A stretch of DNA of 64,000 nt from a virus. Positions 8,089 to 15,308 of the stretch are shown here, in pieces; position 1 is the stretch's first letter; every line of letters begins with the position of its first letter. The notes below the pieces were generated by a model that worked only from the letters and a program-made list of their open reading frames with translations, ran no database searches and was not told the DNA's origin. Both the position numbers and the translations under genes were made by a program. The stretch lies in IMG/VR virus record IMGVR_UViG_3300026519_000001, positions 1 through 64,000 of that record. One strand, 5' to 3'.

Positions 8089-8274
8089 ATGTATAAAATA
8101 TCATATAGAATCTCGTATCGACCAATAAAGCTGCCTGTTATATTTCAAGGTATAAAAGGATATGCACCTAGATTGTGGCATGTATTTTACGAACACAGAT
8201 GGATGTTATTTTCTGAATTTTATAACATTCAAAAACATGATGAAATGATTATTGGGTTATTTTTAGAAAAATAG
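8089..8274 (+). CDS. Hypothetical protein
   Basis: Short ORF packed between neighbours. Confidence 0.5.
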   Translation: MYKISYRISYRPIKLPVIFQGIKGYAPRLWHVFYEHRWMLFSEFYNIQKHDEMIIGLFLEK

Positions 8275-8276
8275 GA

Positions 8277-8612
8277 ATGAACAAAATACCAACCATATTA
8301 CAAGATTACTTTCTTCTAACTTTAGATAAAAGGTTTGAGTCTAAGTCAAAGTCTGGATTAATGACGGTTAATGAATCATACATAGCCGGAACAGCAGAAG
8401 AAGAGGAAGGGTGGGAAAAGAACCTCCACAAAAGAATTTATGGAACTGTAATATCTTGCCCAAAGTCATTTAGTGATGACCCTATATTTGCAATAGACCC
8501 CGGTAGCCCAACCCCTAAAAGATATATAAGTGCCGAAGAAATAGAAAATAAGGTAAAGATTGGGATGAGAAATTACTCAAGGACAGATTACTCGCCAACG
8601 CCTTTAATTTAG
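8277..8612 (+). CDS. Possible GroES-like protein, probably truncated
   Basis: KSKSGLM...GTVISCP resembles GroES-fold motifs; weak. Confidence 0.35.
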   Translation: MNKIPTILQDYFLLTLDKRFESKSKSGLMTVNESYIAGTAEEEEGWEKNLHKRIYGTVISCPKSFSDDPIFAIDPGSPTPKRYISAEEIENKVKIGMRNYSRTDYSPTPLI

Positions 8613-8635
8613 ATAAATTTATTACAAAAGAAAGG

Positions 8636-9004
8636 TTGGAAAAGAGCAAAACAGGAAATGTAATAGGGCAACTCTCTAAATGGATGCAAGAAGACGGAAT
8701 GCCTTACTACATTGATACACTTTACTATAATCACTTAGGTAAAAAGTTGCCTGCATCTGCTTTAGGATATACGCCAAATGGCGAAGGTATAAACTTTCTT
8801 CCAATCTTGTTAAATGTTAGATACTCTGATAAAGGCAAAAACCATTTAGTTGGTGGTAAAATAAGCAAAAACGGTGTTTTGTACTTATACGATAGTTTAA
8901 AAGAAGAAATGATTGAAACTACACTCGCAAAAGCAAATAGAATGTACCATAATGTATATGGCTTGTTTATGTCTGTTGAAACTGGCGACTATATTTTTAT
9001 ATAA
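8636..9004 (+). CDS. Hypothetical protein or gene fragment
   Basis: ORF with TTG start, ending just before a short hairpin site at 9028-9071. Confidence 0.45.
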   Translation: MEKSKTGNVIGQLSKWMQEDGMPYYIDTLYYNHLGKKLPASALGYTPNGEGINFLPILLNVRYSDKGKNHLVGGKISKNGVLYLYDSLKEEMIETTLAKANRMYHNVYGLFMSVETGDYIFI

Positions 9005-9027
9005 GCACAAGGTTAGTACTTGTAGTT

Positions 9028-9071
9028 AACGAGATAGGCTAAACGGTTGTTTTAATGCCGTTTTAGCCATT
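9028..9071 (+). repeat. Minimal or degenerate hairpin site
   Basis: AAC, GGCTAAACGG, TTGTTTTAATG, CCGTTTTAGCC; no intact downstream GTT. Confidence 0.5.
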
Positions 9072-9132
9072 TTGCTTGTATATATCGTATATATCATATA
9101 CCTTAGTAATATCAAATTAAAACATTAAGAAA

Positions 9133-9306
9133 ATGACAAACTCAGAATTAAGAATCGAAATAGCAAAGTTAGAAGAACAAAAAATAAACTTTTGCGATAA
9201 CAATTTGTTATTTAACCAATTTACTGCACTGATTAATGAAATTAAAATAGAAATACATAAAGATAGTAAAGTTGCACTAAAAGCACTTGGATTTGGAGAA
9301 AGATAA
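9133..9306 (+). CDS. Hypothetical 57-aa protein (not in the ORF track)
   Basis: MTNSELRIEIAKLEEQK...KALGFGER*; more plausible than the antisense ORF 9117-9341. Confidence 0.55.
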   Translation: MTNSELRIEIAKLEEQKINFCDNNLLFNQFTALINEIKIEIHKDSKVALKALGFGER

Positions 9307-9439
9307 TTGACATACCAGAAGATATTAAGAAACAATTGCAAATACTTGCTATTAAAGCGGATAAGGATTTAAAGAACTATATACAAGACTTACTAATTAG
9401 CCATATAGCATATAGCGTGGGCAAAAAATAGTTACATAT

Positions 9440-9560
9440 AACGGTTTTAATAAGAATAGTAGCGTGTAATTATGCGGAAACTATCAGATTGAAATAATTA
9501 ATTAACAGGTAATAGCCACTAAAAAGACACCTTAACAGGCTATTATTTTTATACATTGTT
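9440..9560 (+). repeat. Hairpin site (118-nt class)
   Basis: Left arm TTTTAATAAGAATAGTAGC, same as site 3763; right arm GCTATTATTTTTAT. Confidence 0.75.
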
Positions 9561-9577
9561 AGGGTGCGTTACTTAAA

Positions 9578-9832
9578 ATGAACAACCCAATTAAAGATAA
9601 CAGAATTGTAAAAGACAAAACTTTCGCTTTAAGGCTTTTAAGTTTTGCGTTAGAAACCAACTGTGTTGATGCTTCTAGTGAAGATGAAAAAGAATCTATG
9701 ATAAGTTACTCTACAAGTTTACTTAAATACCAAATAGAAACTGCAACCGAAATACACGAAACGGCTTATTTAGAAAGGTGTAATGCAAAAGCAAGACTTA
9801 AAAAAGGATTAAAGTTTTTAGGTAAAGCCTAA
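9578..9832 (+). CDS. Cassette-borne hypothetical protein (cassette 9558-9843)
   Basis: Flanked by GTTAGGGTGCGTTA / TAATGCACCCTAAC. Confidence 0.7.
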   Translation: MNNPIKDNRIVKDKTFALRLLSFALETNCVDASSEDEKESMISYSTSLLKYQIETATEIHETAYLERCNAKARLKKGLKFLGKA

Positions 9833-9957
9833 TGCACCCTAACGATGCCTCACTTTGCTATATTTATTGTTAGGCATCTTTTAAAATTACGGCATTATGG
9901 GATATAATCTAATAAGTGGTTGTCATAAATGTGAAAAGCAAATATTTCACTTTAGAA

Positions 9958-10194
9958 ATGAAGAAAATAACACATAATTTAGGAGAGAAATTGCAATGGT
10001 TTTTATACTTTGTTATATGCCGTTTTGGTTTTCATAAATGGGGAATGACCAAATGGTGCAGATTTAAAGATAAAAAATGTAAGTATTTAGTTGAAGAAGG
10101 TTTTGACAGAGATTGCGAACATCCATTTAATTATGTTGTGATTGGTAATGATACAATACTAAATAAATGCACAAAATGTGGTAAAGAATTTTAG
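9958..10194 (+). CDS. Junction-spanning Cys/His-rich protein
   Basis: MKKITHNLGEKLQWFLYFV|ICRFGFHKW...CTKCGK; crosses GTT 10012 in frame. Confidence 0.6.
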   Translation: MKKITHNLGEKLQWFLYFVICRFGFHKWGMTKWCRFKDKKCKYLVEEGFDRDCEHPFNYVVIGNDTILNKCTKCGKEF

Positions 10195-10209
10195 CAATTT
10201 ATGTTTGCT

Positions 10210-10397
10210 AACGGTTTGTGCAAGGTTAGTGCGGAATTAATAACAGAACTTAATAAATATAAACTATGGTAAATATAAACACTATTGAAGGAATTGAAAA
10301 CCTTATAGATAAAAGAACAAAACCTTTAAAAGAGGAAATACTTAAACTACGATTTGAATTAGAAGAACTGAAACAAGCATTAACTATACAGATTGTT
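10210..10397 (+). repeat. Hairpin site with an ORF in its loop
   Basis: Arms TGTGCAAGGTTAGTGC / GCATTAACTATACA. Confidence 0.65.
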
Positions 10398-10415
10398 AGC
10401 ATTTCGGTTTTCTAA
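10266..10415 (+). CDS. Junction-spanning 49-aa coiled-coil peptide (not in the ORF track)
   Basis: MVNINTIEG...ELKQALTIQIVSISVF*; crosses GTT 10395 in frame. Confidence 0.55.
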   Translation: MVNINTIEGIENLIDKRTKPLKEEILKLRFELEELKQALTIQIVSISVF

Positions 10416-10431
10416 CAAAACTAAAATTATT

Positions 10432-10719
10432 ATGAAACAAATTATTGAATGGTCAAAAGGAAACCCTGGAGCAATGAACTTTATGATGGAGTTTTTTAAA
10501 CCAGAAAACGCAGTATTAGGAATTGGAATACTATCGAAATTGGAAGAATTGAAAACTATTAGAGGAACTAATCTTTATGTGCTTTACTCTGATTTATGTG
10601 GTAAGGATTTAAAGGCAGTTGAAACTCTTTGTAAAAATTGCCCGTCTGAAATATTAGAAGATGCTTGTTCAAGACAAGACTACTCTGGTAGAGAGTTGGT
10701 AAAGGAGTACCTTACATAG
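10432..10719 (+). CDS. Hypothetical phage protein
   Basis: MKQIIEWSKGNPGAM...GTNLYVLYSDLC. Confidence 0.7.
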   Translation: MKQIIEWSKGNPGAMNFMMEFFKPENAVLGIGILSKLEELKTIRGTNLYVLYSDLCGKDLKAVETLCKNCPSEILEDACSRQDYSGRELVKEYLT

Positions 10720-10846
10720 TGATAGATGATAGTGAAATAATTAATACAAGAGAAATGGCAGAAGCATTAGAACACGCAATGTTTATTAGTTTTTGTTTTA
10801 ATAACCCTGATAGAATAGACTTACGTTAGTAATTTTTATCGTGGGT

Positions 10847-10905
10847 AATGAATGGTTGTATTGTGTCGTATTTGCTTTTCGCAAATATGCAATATATACT
10901 TTGTT
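10847..10905 (+). repeat. Short hairpin site with AAT in place of AAC
   Basis: Arms GTATTGTGTCGTATTTGC / GCAAATATGCAATATATAC; GTT 10903. Confidence 0.6.
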
Positions 10906-10953
10906 AGGCTTATGTACGGTAAATGATAAACTAAATTATAAAAACAGAATAAA

Positions 10954-11304
10954 ATGGAAAAATTTAAGATTGAAATTGACAGAAGAGAAATAGTTGAAAC
11001 TATTAACAAAGGTATTCACGATAAAATTAGAGAGCAAATGAACGCTCAATCTAAGCAAATTGAAGCATCTATTGCTGATCACTTTAAAAGATCGTTTTTC
11101 AATGAAAAGAAAAATGAATTTGAATCTGCTTTGGATTATACTATTGAAACTTCATTTAGAGATGGATTGGAATTAGCAATGAAAGAAATGAAGTTCAAAG
11201 AACTAATTGCAGAAAAAGCAAAAGAATTATTAAGTGATGACAATTTGATACAGGAACTTGCAGAAGCAAAAGTTAGAAGTTCTTTAGGTTTACCGCTAAA
11301 GTAG
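10954..11304 (+). CDS. Cassette-borne helical protein (cassette 10903-11317)
   Basis: Flanked by GTTAGGCTTA / TAAGCCTAAC. Confidence 0.7.
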   Translation: MEKFKIEIDRREIVETINKGIHDKIREQMNAQSKQIEASIADHFKRSFFNEKKNEFESALDYTIETSFRDGLELAMKEMKFKELIAEKAKELLSDDNLIQELAEAKVRSSLGLPLK

Positions 11305-11311
11305 TATTAAG

Positions 11312-11338
11312 CCTAACAACAGGATAACAGCAATTGCG
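11312..11338 (+). repeat. 27-bp direct repeat, copy 2
   Basis: Identical to 4546-4572. Confidence 0.9.
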
Positions 11339-11527
11339 GTATTAGACAAGACTAGTTTGATTAAAACCGCTAATGGTGAATAATGAAAAGTATAATATGA
11401 TAATCCATACTTAAAATTTTGCTATAAGAATTGAACTTAGATGGCTTTTTACTTTATACAATGTTACCCATCTTTTAAAAGTACAAAAATTTGAAATTGT
11501 TAGAATATTAAAAAATAAAATTAAAAA

Positions 11528-11917
11528 ATGTCATTAACAAAAGAACAAAAAAGTAAACAAGCAAAAAATAATCGTGCAAAAGGACATTCTTTAGAAAGAA
11601 GAATAAGATTAAAATTTATTGAATTAGGTTTTGATAAATGCCGAACCAGTAGACAGGCTTCCAGATTATTAGATGATAGTAAAGTAGATTTAGCACAAAT
11701 ACCTTATAATGTACAATGTAAAAAAGGTTATCCAAAAGGAATAAATTATACAAAGCTGTTTCAAGATATGAATGAGAGTTTGAAAGAACACTTTATGGAA
11801 GGTGATCCAATAATAGATTATCCTAAAATTATCATACATGATAAAGATAGGAAGAAATCAGAAAAGCTTGTAATTATGCAAGAAGAAGATTTTTGGAAAA
11901 TATTTAAACATAAATAA
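11528..11917 (+). CDS. Holliday junction resolvase-like PD-(D/E)XK nuclease
   Basis: KGHSLERR...VDL...VQCK motif layout. Confidence 0.7.
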   Translation: MSLTKEQKSKQAKNNRAKGHSLERRIRLKFIELGFDKCRTSRQASRLLDDSKVDLAQIPYNVQCKKGYPKGINYTKLFQDMNESLKEHFMEGDPIIDYPKIIIHDKDRKKSEKLVIMQEEDFWKIFKHK

Positions 11918-11939
11918 AAAAAACTTAATATAAATTATT

Positions 11940-12206
11940 ATGAATTTAAAAAATTTTAGAGTTGGCAATTTAGTAAAATATAAAGATCAGGTCTTTAGAA
12001 TACATTCAATAACAGATGATTTTCCAATACTCGACACTGATAAGTTTGGTATTGGTGTGGTGGGCTGGAATGATATAGAACATATTAAACTAACAAAAGA
12101 TTTTTCAAAAAATATAACATTCCATTGCAACGAGCAGATGCTTTATAGAAAAAAATGCAAATTACAATGCAATTGGTGTAAACAATCTTTTAATTTAAAT
12201 AAATAA
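11940..12206 (+). CDS. Hypothetical protein (YopX-like N-terminus)
   Basis: FRVGNLV...IEHIKLT pattern common in Bacteroidota phages. Confidence 0.5.
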   Translation: MNLKNFRVGNLVKYKDQVFRIHSITDDFPILDTDKFGIGVVGWNDIEHIKLTKDFSKNITFHCNEQMLYRKKCKLQCNWCKQSFNLNK

Positions 12207-12242
12207 AACTAGTAGTTTCCAATTGAATTAAAGTAAAAAAAA

Positions 12243-13316
12243 ATGAAAAGAATAAAAAGAAATTTTAATGAACCAGAATATAGACAACTTAAATGTATTA
12301 GTTATTCACAATTATCAAATTTAGATAGTTATCCAGAAAGTTTAATTCAAACAAAACCTATGGAAATGACCGAGCCATTAATATATGGTTCAGCAGTAGA
12401 TTGCTTAGCATTTGATGGTAGAGAAGTGTTTGATAAAAAATTTACGGTAATAAGTCAAGAAAAACCTTCTTGGATGTTAGAAAAAGTATTAAAAGGTGTT
12501 ATAGATGAAATATTTATTACTCACAATGAATTATTAGGCATACCTATATCTGAAGATTTATCTAAATATTCAGATATTATATTAAAAGTGGCTAAATCAG
12601 TTGAGTATGGGAAAGGATGGAAGCCTGAAACTATTATAAGAAAAACTATTGAGGGGTGTGGTGAATTATATAAAAACACCATTAAAAATAGAGATAAACT
12701 TGCATTAAGTCCTCAACAATATGAATATGTAGAAAATAGTGTAACTACTTTATTTACACATGAATTTACGGCAGAATTTTTTACAGCTGATGAAGGTCAA
12801 GATATTTATTATCAATTACCTATTATATGGGATTATTTTGATAAGGAGTTAAACAAAACAATACATTGCAAATCTTTATTAGATATTTTATTAATAGATC
12901 ATAATACTAAAACAATTTATCCAATAGATTTAAAAACAACTGGAAAATCCATATATTCTTTTAATAAAAGTTTTATTGAATGGCGTTATTTTTTACAAGC
13001 TTCTTTTTATTCTGATGCAGTTAAACATTTATGCAATGTACAATATCCTGAATTAGCAGATTATAATATAGCATTATTTAAATTTGTAGTTATATCTTCT
13101 AAAAACCCACGTAAACCTCTAGCATTTCAAATTACAAATGGCGTATTGGATGCTGGTAAATTTGGAACTGTTAATCCTAATAATCATAAAATTAAACAAA
13201 GAGGATATTTAGAATTAGTAAGGGATATGCAATGGCATATAAACAATCAAAAATTTGATTATCCAAAAGAAATTTATGACAAAAAAGGAATGGTTATACT
13301 AGACAGTTTATTTTAA
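12243..13316 (+). CDS. PD-(D/E)XK exonuclease (RecE/exonuclease VIII-like)
   Basis: SYSQL, GSAVD, KSLLD...IDLKTT and YFLQASFY motifs. Confidence 0.8.
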   Translation: MKRIKRNFNEPEYRQLKCISYSQLSNLDSYPESLIQTKPMEMTEPLIYGSAVDCLAFDGREVFDKKFTVISQEKPSWMLEKVLKGVIDEIFITHNELLGIPISEDLSKYSDIILKVAKSVEYGKGWKPETIIRKTIEGCGELYKNTIKNRDKLALSPQQYEYVENSVTTLFTHEFTAEFFTADEGQDIYYQLPIIWDYFDKELNKTIHCKSLLDILLIDHNTKTIYPIDLKTTGKSIYSFNKSFIEWRYFLQASFYSDAVKHLCNVQYPELADYNIALFKFVVISSKNPRKPLAFQITNGVLDAGKFGTVNPNNHKIKQRGYLELVRDMQWHINNQKFDYPKEIYDKKGMVILDSLF

Positions 13317-13807
13317 TGATAGAAAAGAAAAACAGAAGTTGCACTTATATTTTACCTTTAGTTTTAGAAGATTTATCTATTAATAAAAAAGCTATTGTTA
13401 ACACTTGGATTTATAATATTAATGAATTAGAATTAAATGAATATAATGTAAAGGGTTTATTTATTAAACTTCTATATAGTGAAGAATCTAAAAAAACATT
13501 TGAATTTAATCCAAGATGCAAATTAATATTAAACATTAATGATAAACATTTTATGGTTTTTTTTGAATCCAAACTAAATTGTTTTACTGATATTAGTTTA
13601 ATACTAGATGGTAGATATTCTAAAATTACAAATAATTCAAAAAAATTAATATTAGATTTTTTTAATATTAAATCTGGAGCAATAAAAAGTATATTAGAAA
13701 AAGATCCAGCTTACAGATTAGAATTAATGGAAGCATTAGATGTTCATATTGATAAAGATGCTGAACTTGGAAGTATATTTGACTTAAAAACAGAGGTATA
13801 TGATTAA
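13316..13807 (+). CDS. Conserved hypothetical protein
   Basis: Coupled to the exonuclease (TAATG); GRYSKI motif. Confidence 0.65.
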   Translation: MIEKKNRSCTYILPLVLEDLSINKKAIVNTWIYNINELELNEYNVKGLFIKLLYSEESKKTFEFNPRCKLILNINDKHFMVFFESKLNCFTDISLILDGRYSKITNNSKKLILDFFNIKSGAIKSILEKDPAYRLELMEALDVHIDKDAELGSIFDLKTEVYD

Positions 13808-13828
13808 ACATAATAATTAATAAATAGT

Positions 13829-14224
13829 ATGGGATATAAATGGAAACCAAATGCAACTCAATATAGAAAATATGCTGAAAGAATGAAAGAGCAAAATTCA
13901 ATGAATTTTATTCAAAGTAATGGAGCTATTAGAGAGGGTTGCAAACTTTCTTGGATTGATAAAAATTCAAGTGTTGAATTGTCAGGAGAAGTGATAACTT
14001 CTTCTTATGGTCTGGATAAAGGGCAGCACACTTTTACTATTCAGCTTAATCAAGGTAGTATTAAATTAGTTAAAGGTCGCAATCTTTATGACAGATTAAC
14101 TAATCATATTCAAGGAAAGCAAAGTATTAAAGAAGAATCTTATTTAGATACACATGCTGAAATTCAAGAACAAAAAATTCTTCATTCTAATATAAGACAC
14201 AATAATCAAAAATTTTCAATATAA
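13829..14224 (+). CDS. Hypothetical protein
   Basis: ORF; QHTFTI...KGRNLY motif. Confidence 0.65.
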   Translation: MGYKWKPNATQYRKYAERMKEQNSMNFIQSNGAIREGCKLSWIDKNSSVELSGEVITSSYGLDKGQHTFTIQLNQGSIKLVKGRNLYDRLTNHIQGKQSIKEESYLDTHAEIQEQKILHSNIRHNNQKFSI

Positions 14225-14231
14225 TAAATAT

Positions 14232-14525
14232 ATGAAAGCATTTAAAGAAAATGAAAATAAATTAGAATATGAACTTTGTTGGAGATTTATTTCAGCTATG
14301 GCTAAAAGAATGGCTACAAACAAAGGCAAATACGAGCCTTATAATTGGAAAAAATCAATGGATGTTGATAAACTTATACAAGCTACTATGAGACACCAAA
14401 TTGAAATTATGGAAGGTAATTATAAAGATGATAATGATGAATTAGGTCATATCGTATCGCACGCTTGTAATGCTATGATGATTTGGTATCAATTAAAAAA
14501 TAATAAAAAAAATAACAAAAAATGA
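14232..14525 (+). CDS. dATP/dGTP diphosphohydrolase-domain protein (DUF5664-like)
   Basis: KYEPYNWKK, ATMRH and GHIVSHACNAMM motifs. Confidence 0.6.
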   Translation: MKAFKENENKLEYELCWRFISAMAKRMATNKGKYEPYNWKKSMDVDKLIQATMRHQIEIMEGNYKDDNDELGHIVSHACNAMMIWYQLKNNKKNNKK

Positions 14526-14698
14526 AAAAAATAATAAATGATTATTTAACTAGAGGCTCTATAGGTTTTATTTTAGCAATAACACCTGCAGCTTGGTATA
14601 TAAATGGATTAACAAAAAGTCTATTTGGACCAATATTATCAATAGCATTAATTTTAATGCTTATAACATCAATTGCAATAAAATGGAAATTAAAATAA
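14522..14698 (+). CDS. Small two-TM membrane protein (not in the ORF track)
   Basis: MKKIINDYLTRGSIGFILAITPAAW...ILMLITSIAIKWKLK*; overlaps both neighbours (ATGA and TAATG). Confidence 0.6.
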   Translation: MKKIINDYLTRGSIGFILAITPAAWYINGLTKSLFGPILSIALILMLITSIAIKWKLK

Positions 14699-15057
14699 TG
14701 AGTTTAGCTATTTTAATAGTAGCAGGAATAATGAAAGGAATAATGGATACCTTACAATTCCATTATGATAAATCCTTTGCTTCTAAATTTAAAAATCAAC
14801 AATGGTGGAATCCAAAATTAAGTTGGAAAAATAAATATAAAGATAGAGGCGATTCTTTTATAGTTAATTTATTTGAAAAAATAGATAATACATTTTTTGT
14901 GTTTGTAACTGATGCTTGGCATTTATCACAATCAATAATGATTACTGCTATGATTATGGCAATAGTTTTATATCAACCAATAACTCCTTATATATTACTT
15001 GATATATTAATACTTAGAGTGAGTTTTGGTATAGGATTTAAACTTTCTTATAAATAA
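14698..15057 (+). CDS. Membrane protein
   Basis: Hydrophobic segments; WWNP.LSWKNKY and TDAWH motifs; start reassigned to 14698. Confidence 0.65.
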   Translation: MSLAILIVAGIMKGIMDTLQFHYDKSFASKFKNQQWWNPKLSWKNKYKDRGDSFIVNLFEKIDNTFFVFVTDAWHLSQSIMITAMIMAIVLYQPITPYILLDILILRVSFGIGFKLSYK

Positions 15058-15071
15058 AAAAATAAAAAATT

Positions 15072-15305
15072 ATGAGTTCAAAAAAAACAATTTATTATGT
15101 AGTTGAAAAAGAACTTCAAGATATTGATGAATTTGAAGTAACTACAGGATGGAAAACTATTACAGTTTATAAAATTAAAAAAAAGAAATTCAAACAATGG
15201 TTTGAAATAGAAGCAAATAAAAATAATAACTCCGAAAAGGAAATTCAAACATGGTTAGATAATAATGGATTTGAAAAAAAGGAATTTAAAATGATAATAT
15301 TATAA
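15072..15305 (+). CDS. Hypothetical protein
   Basis: ORF within the operon. Confidence 0.6.
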   Translation: MSSKKTIYYVVEKELQDIDEFEVTTGWKTITVYKIKKKKFKQWFEIEANKNNNSEKEIQTWLDNNGFEKKEFKMIIL

Positions 15306-15308
15306 AAT

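Larger units (their letters stand above)
2955..11470 (+). mobile_element. Integron-like gene-cassette array with non-canonical attC-like hairpin sites
   Basis: Repeated architecture GTT-N...gene...N'-AAC, left arm, loop, right arm, GTT. The two ends of each cassette are complementary. All genes are small and co-oriented. Confidence 0.8.

Noticed and set aside
9077-9106. Internal promoter TTG-N19-TACCTTAG upstream of ORF 9133
   Set aside because: It deviates from TAnnTTTG in very AT-rich DNA; too weak to call.
3459-10393. GTG/TTG starts at 3459, 4305, 6133, 6494 and 10393 in the ORF track
   Set aside because: They arise from the conserved (T/G)TGTT junction. Downstream ATGs with A-rich leaders are more plausible, and other cassettes are out of frame or have stops, so no consistent rule holds.
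2955-11470. CRISPR array or simple terminators as the explanation for the repeats
   Set aside because: The repeats are not identical direct repeats and the intervening units are whole genes. The stems have long loops, lack consistent U tails and are tied to AAC/GTT cores with cassette-specific complementarity.
12243-13316. Cas4 or CRISPR adaptation role for the nuclease
   Set aside because: It lacks the four-Cys Fe-S pattern and has no cas context; it fits a phage recombination exonuclease.
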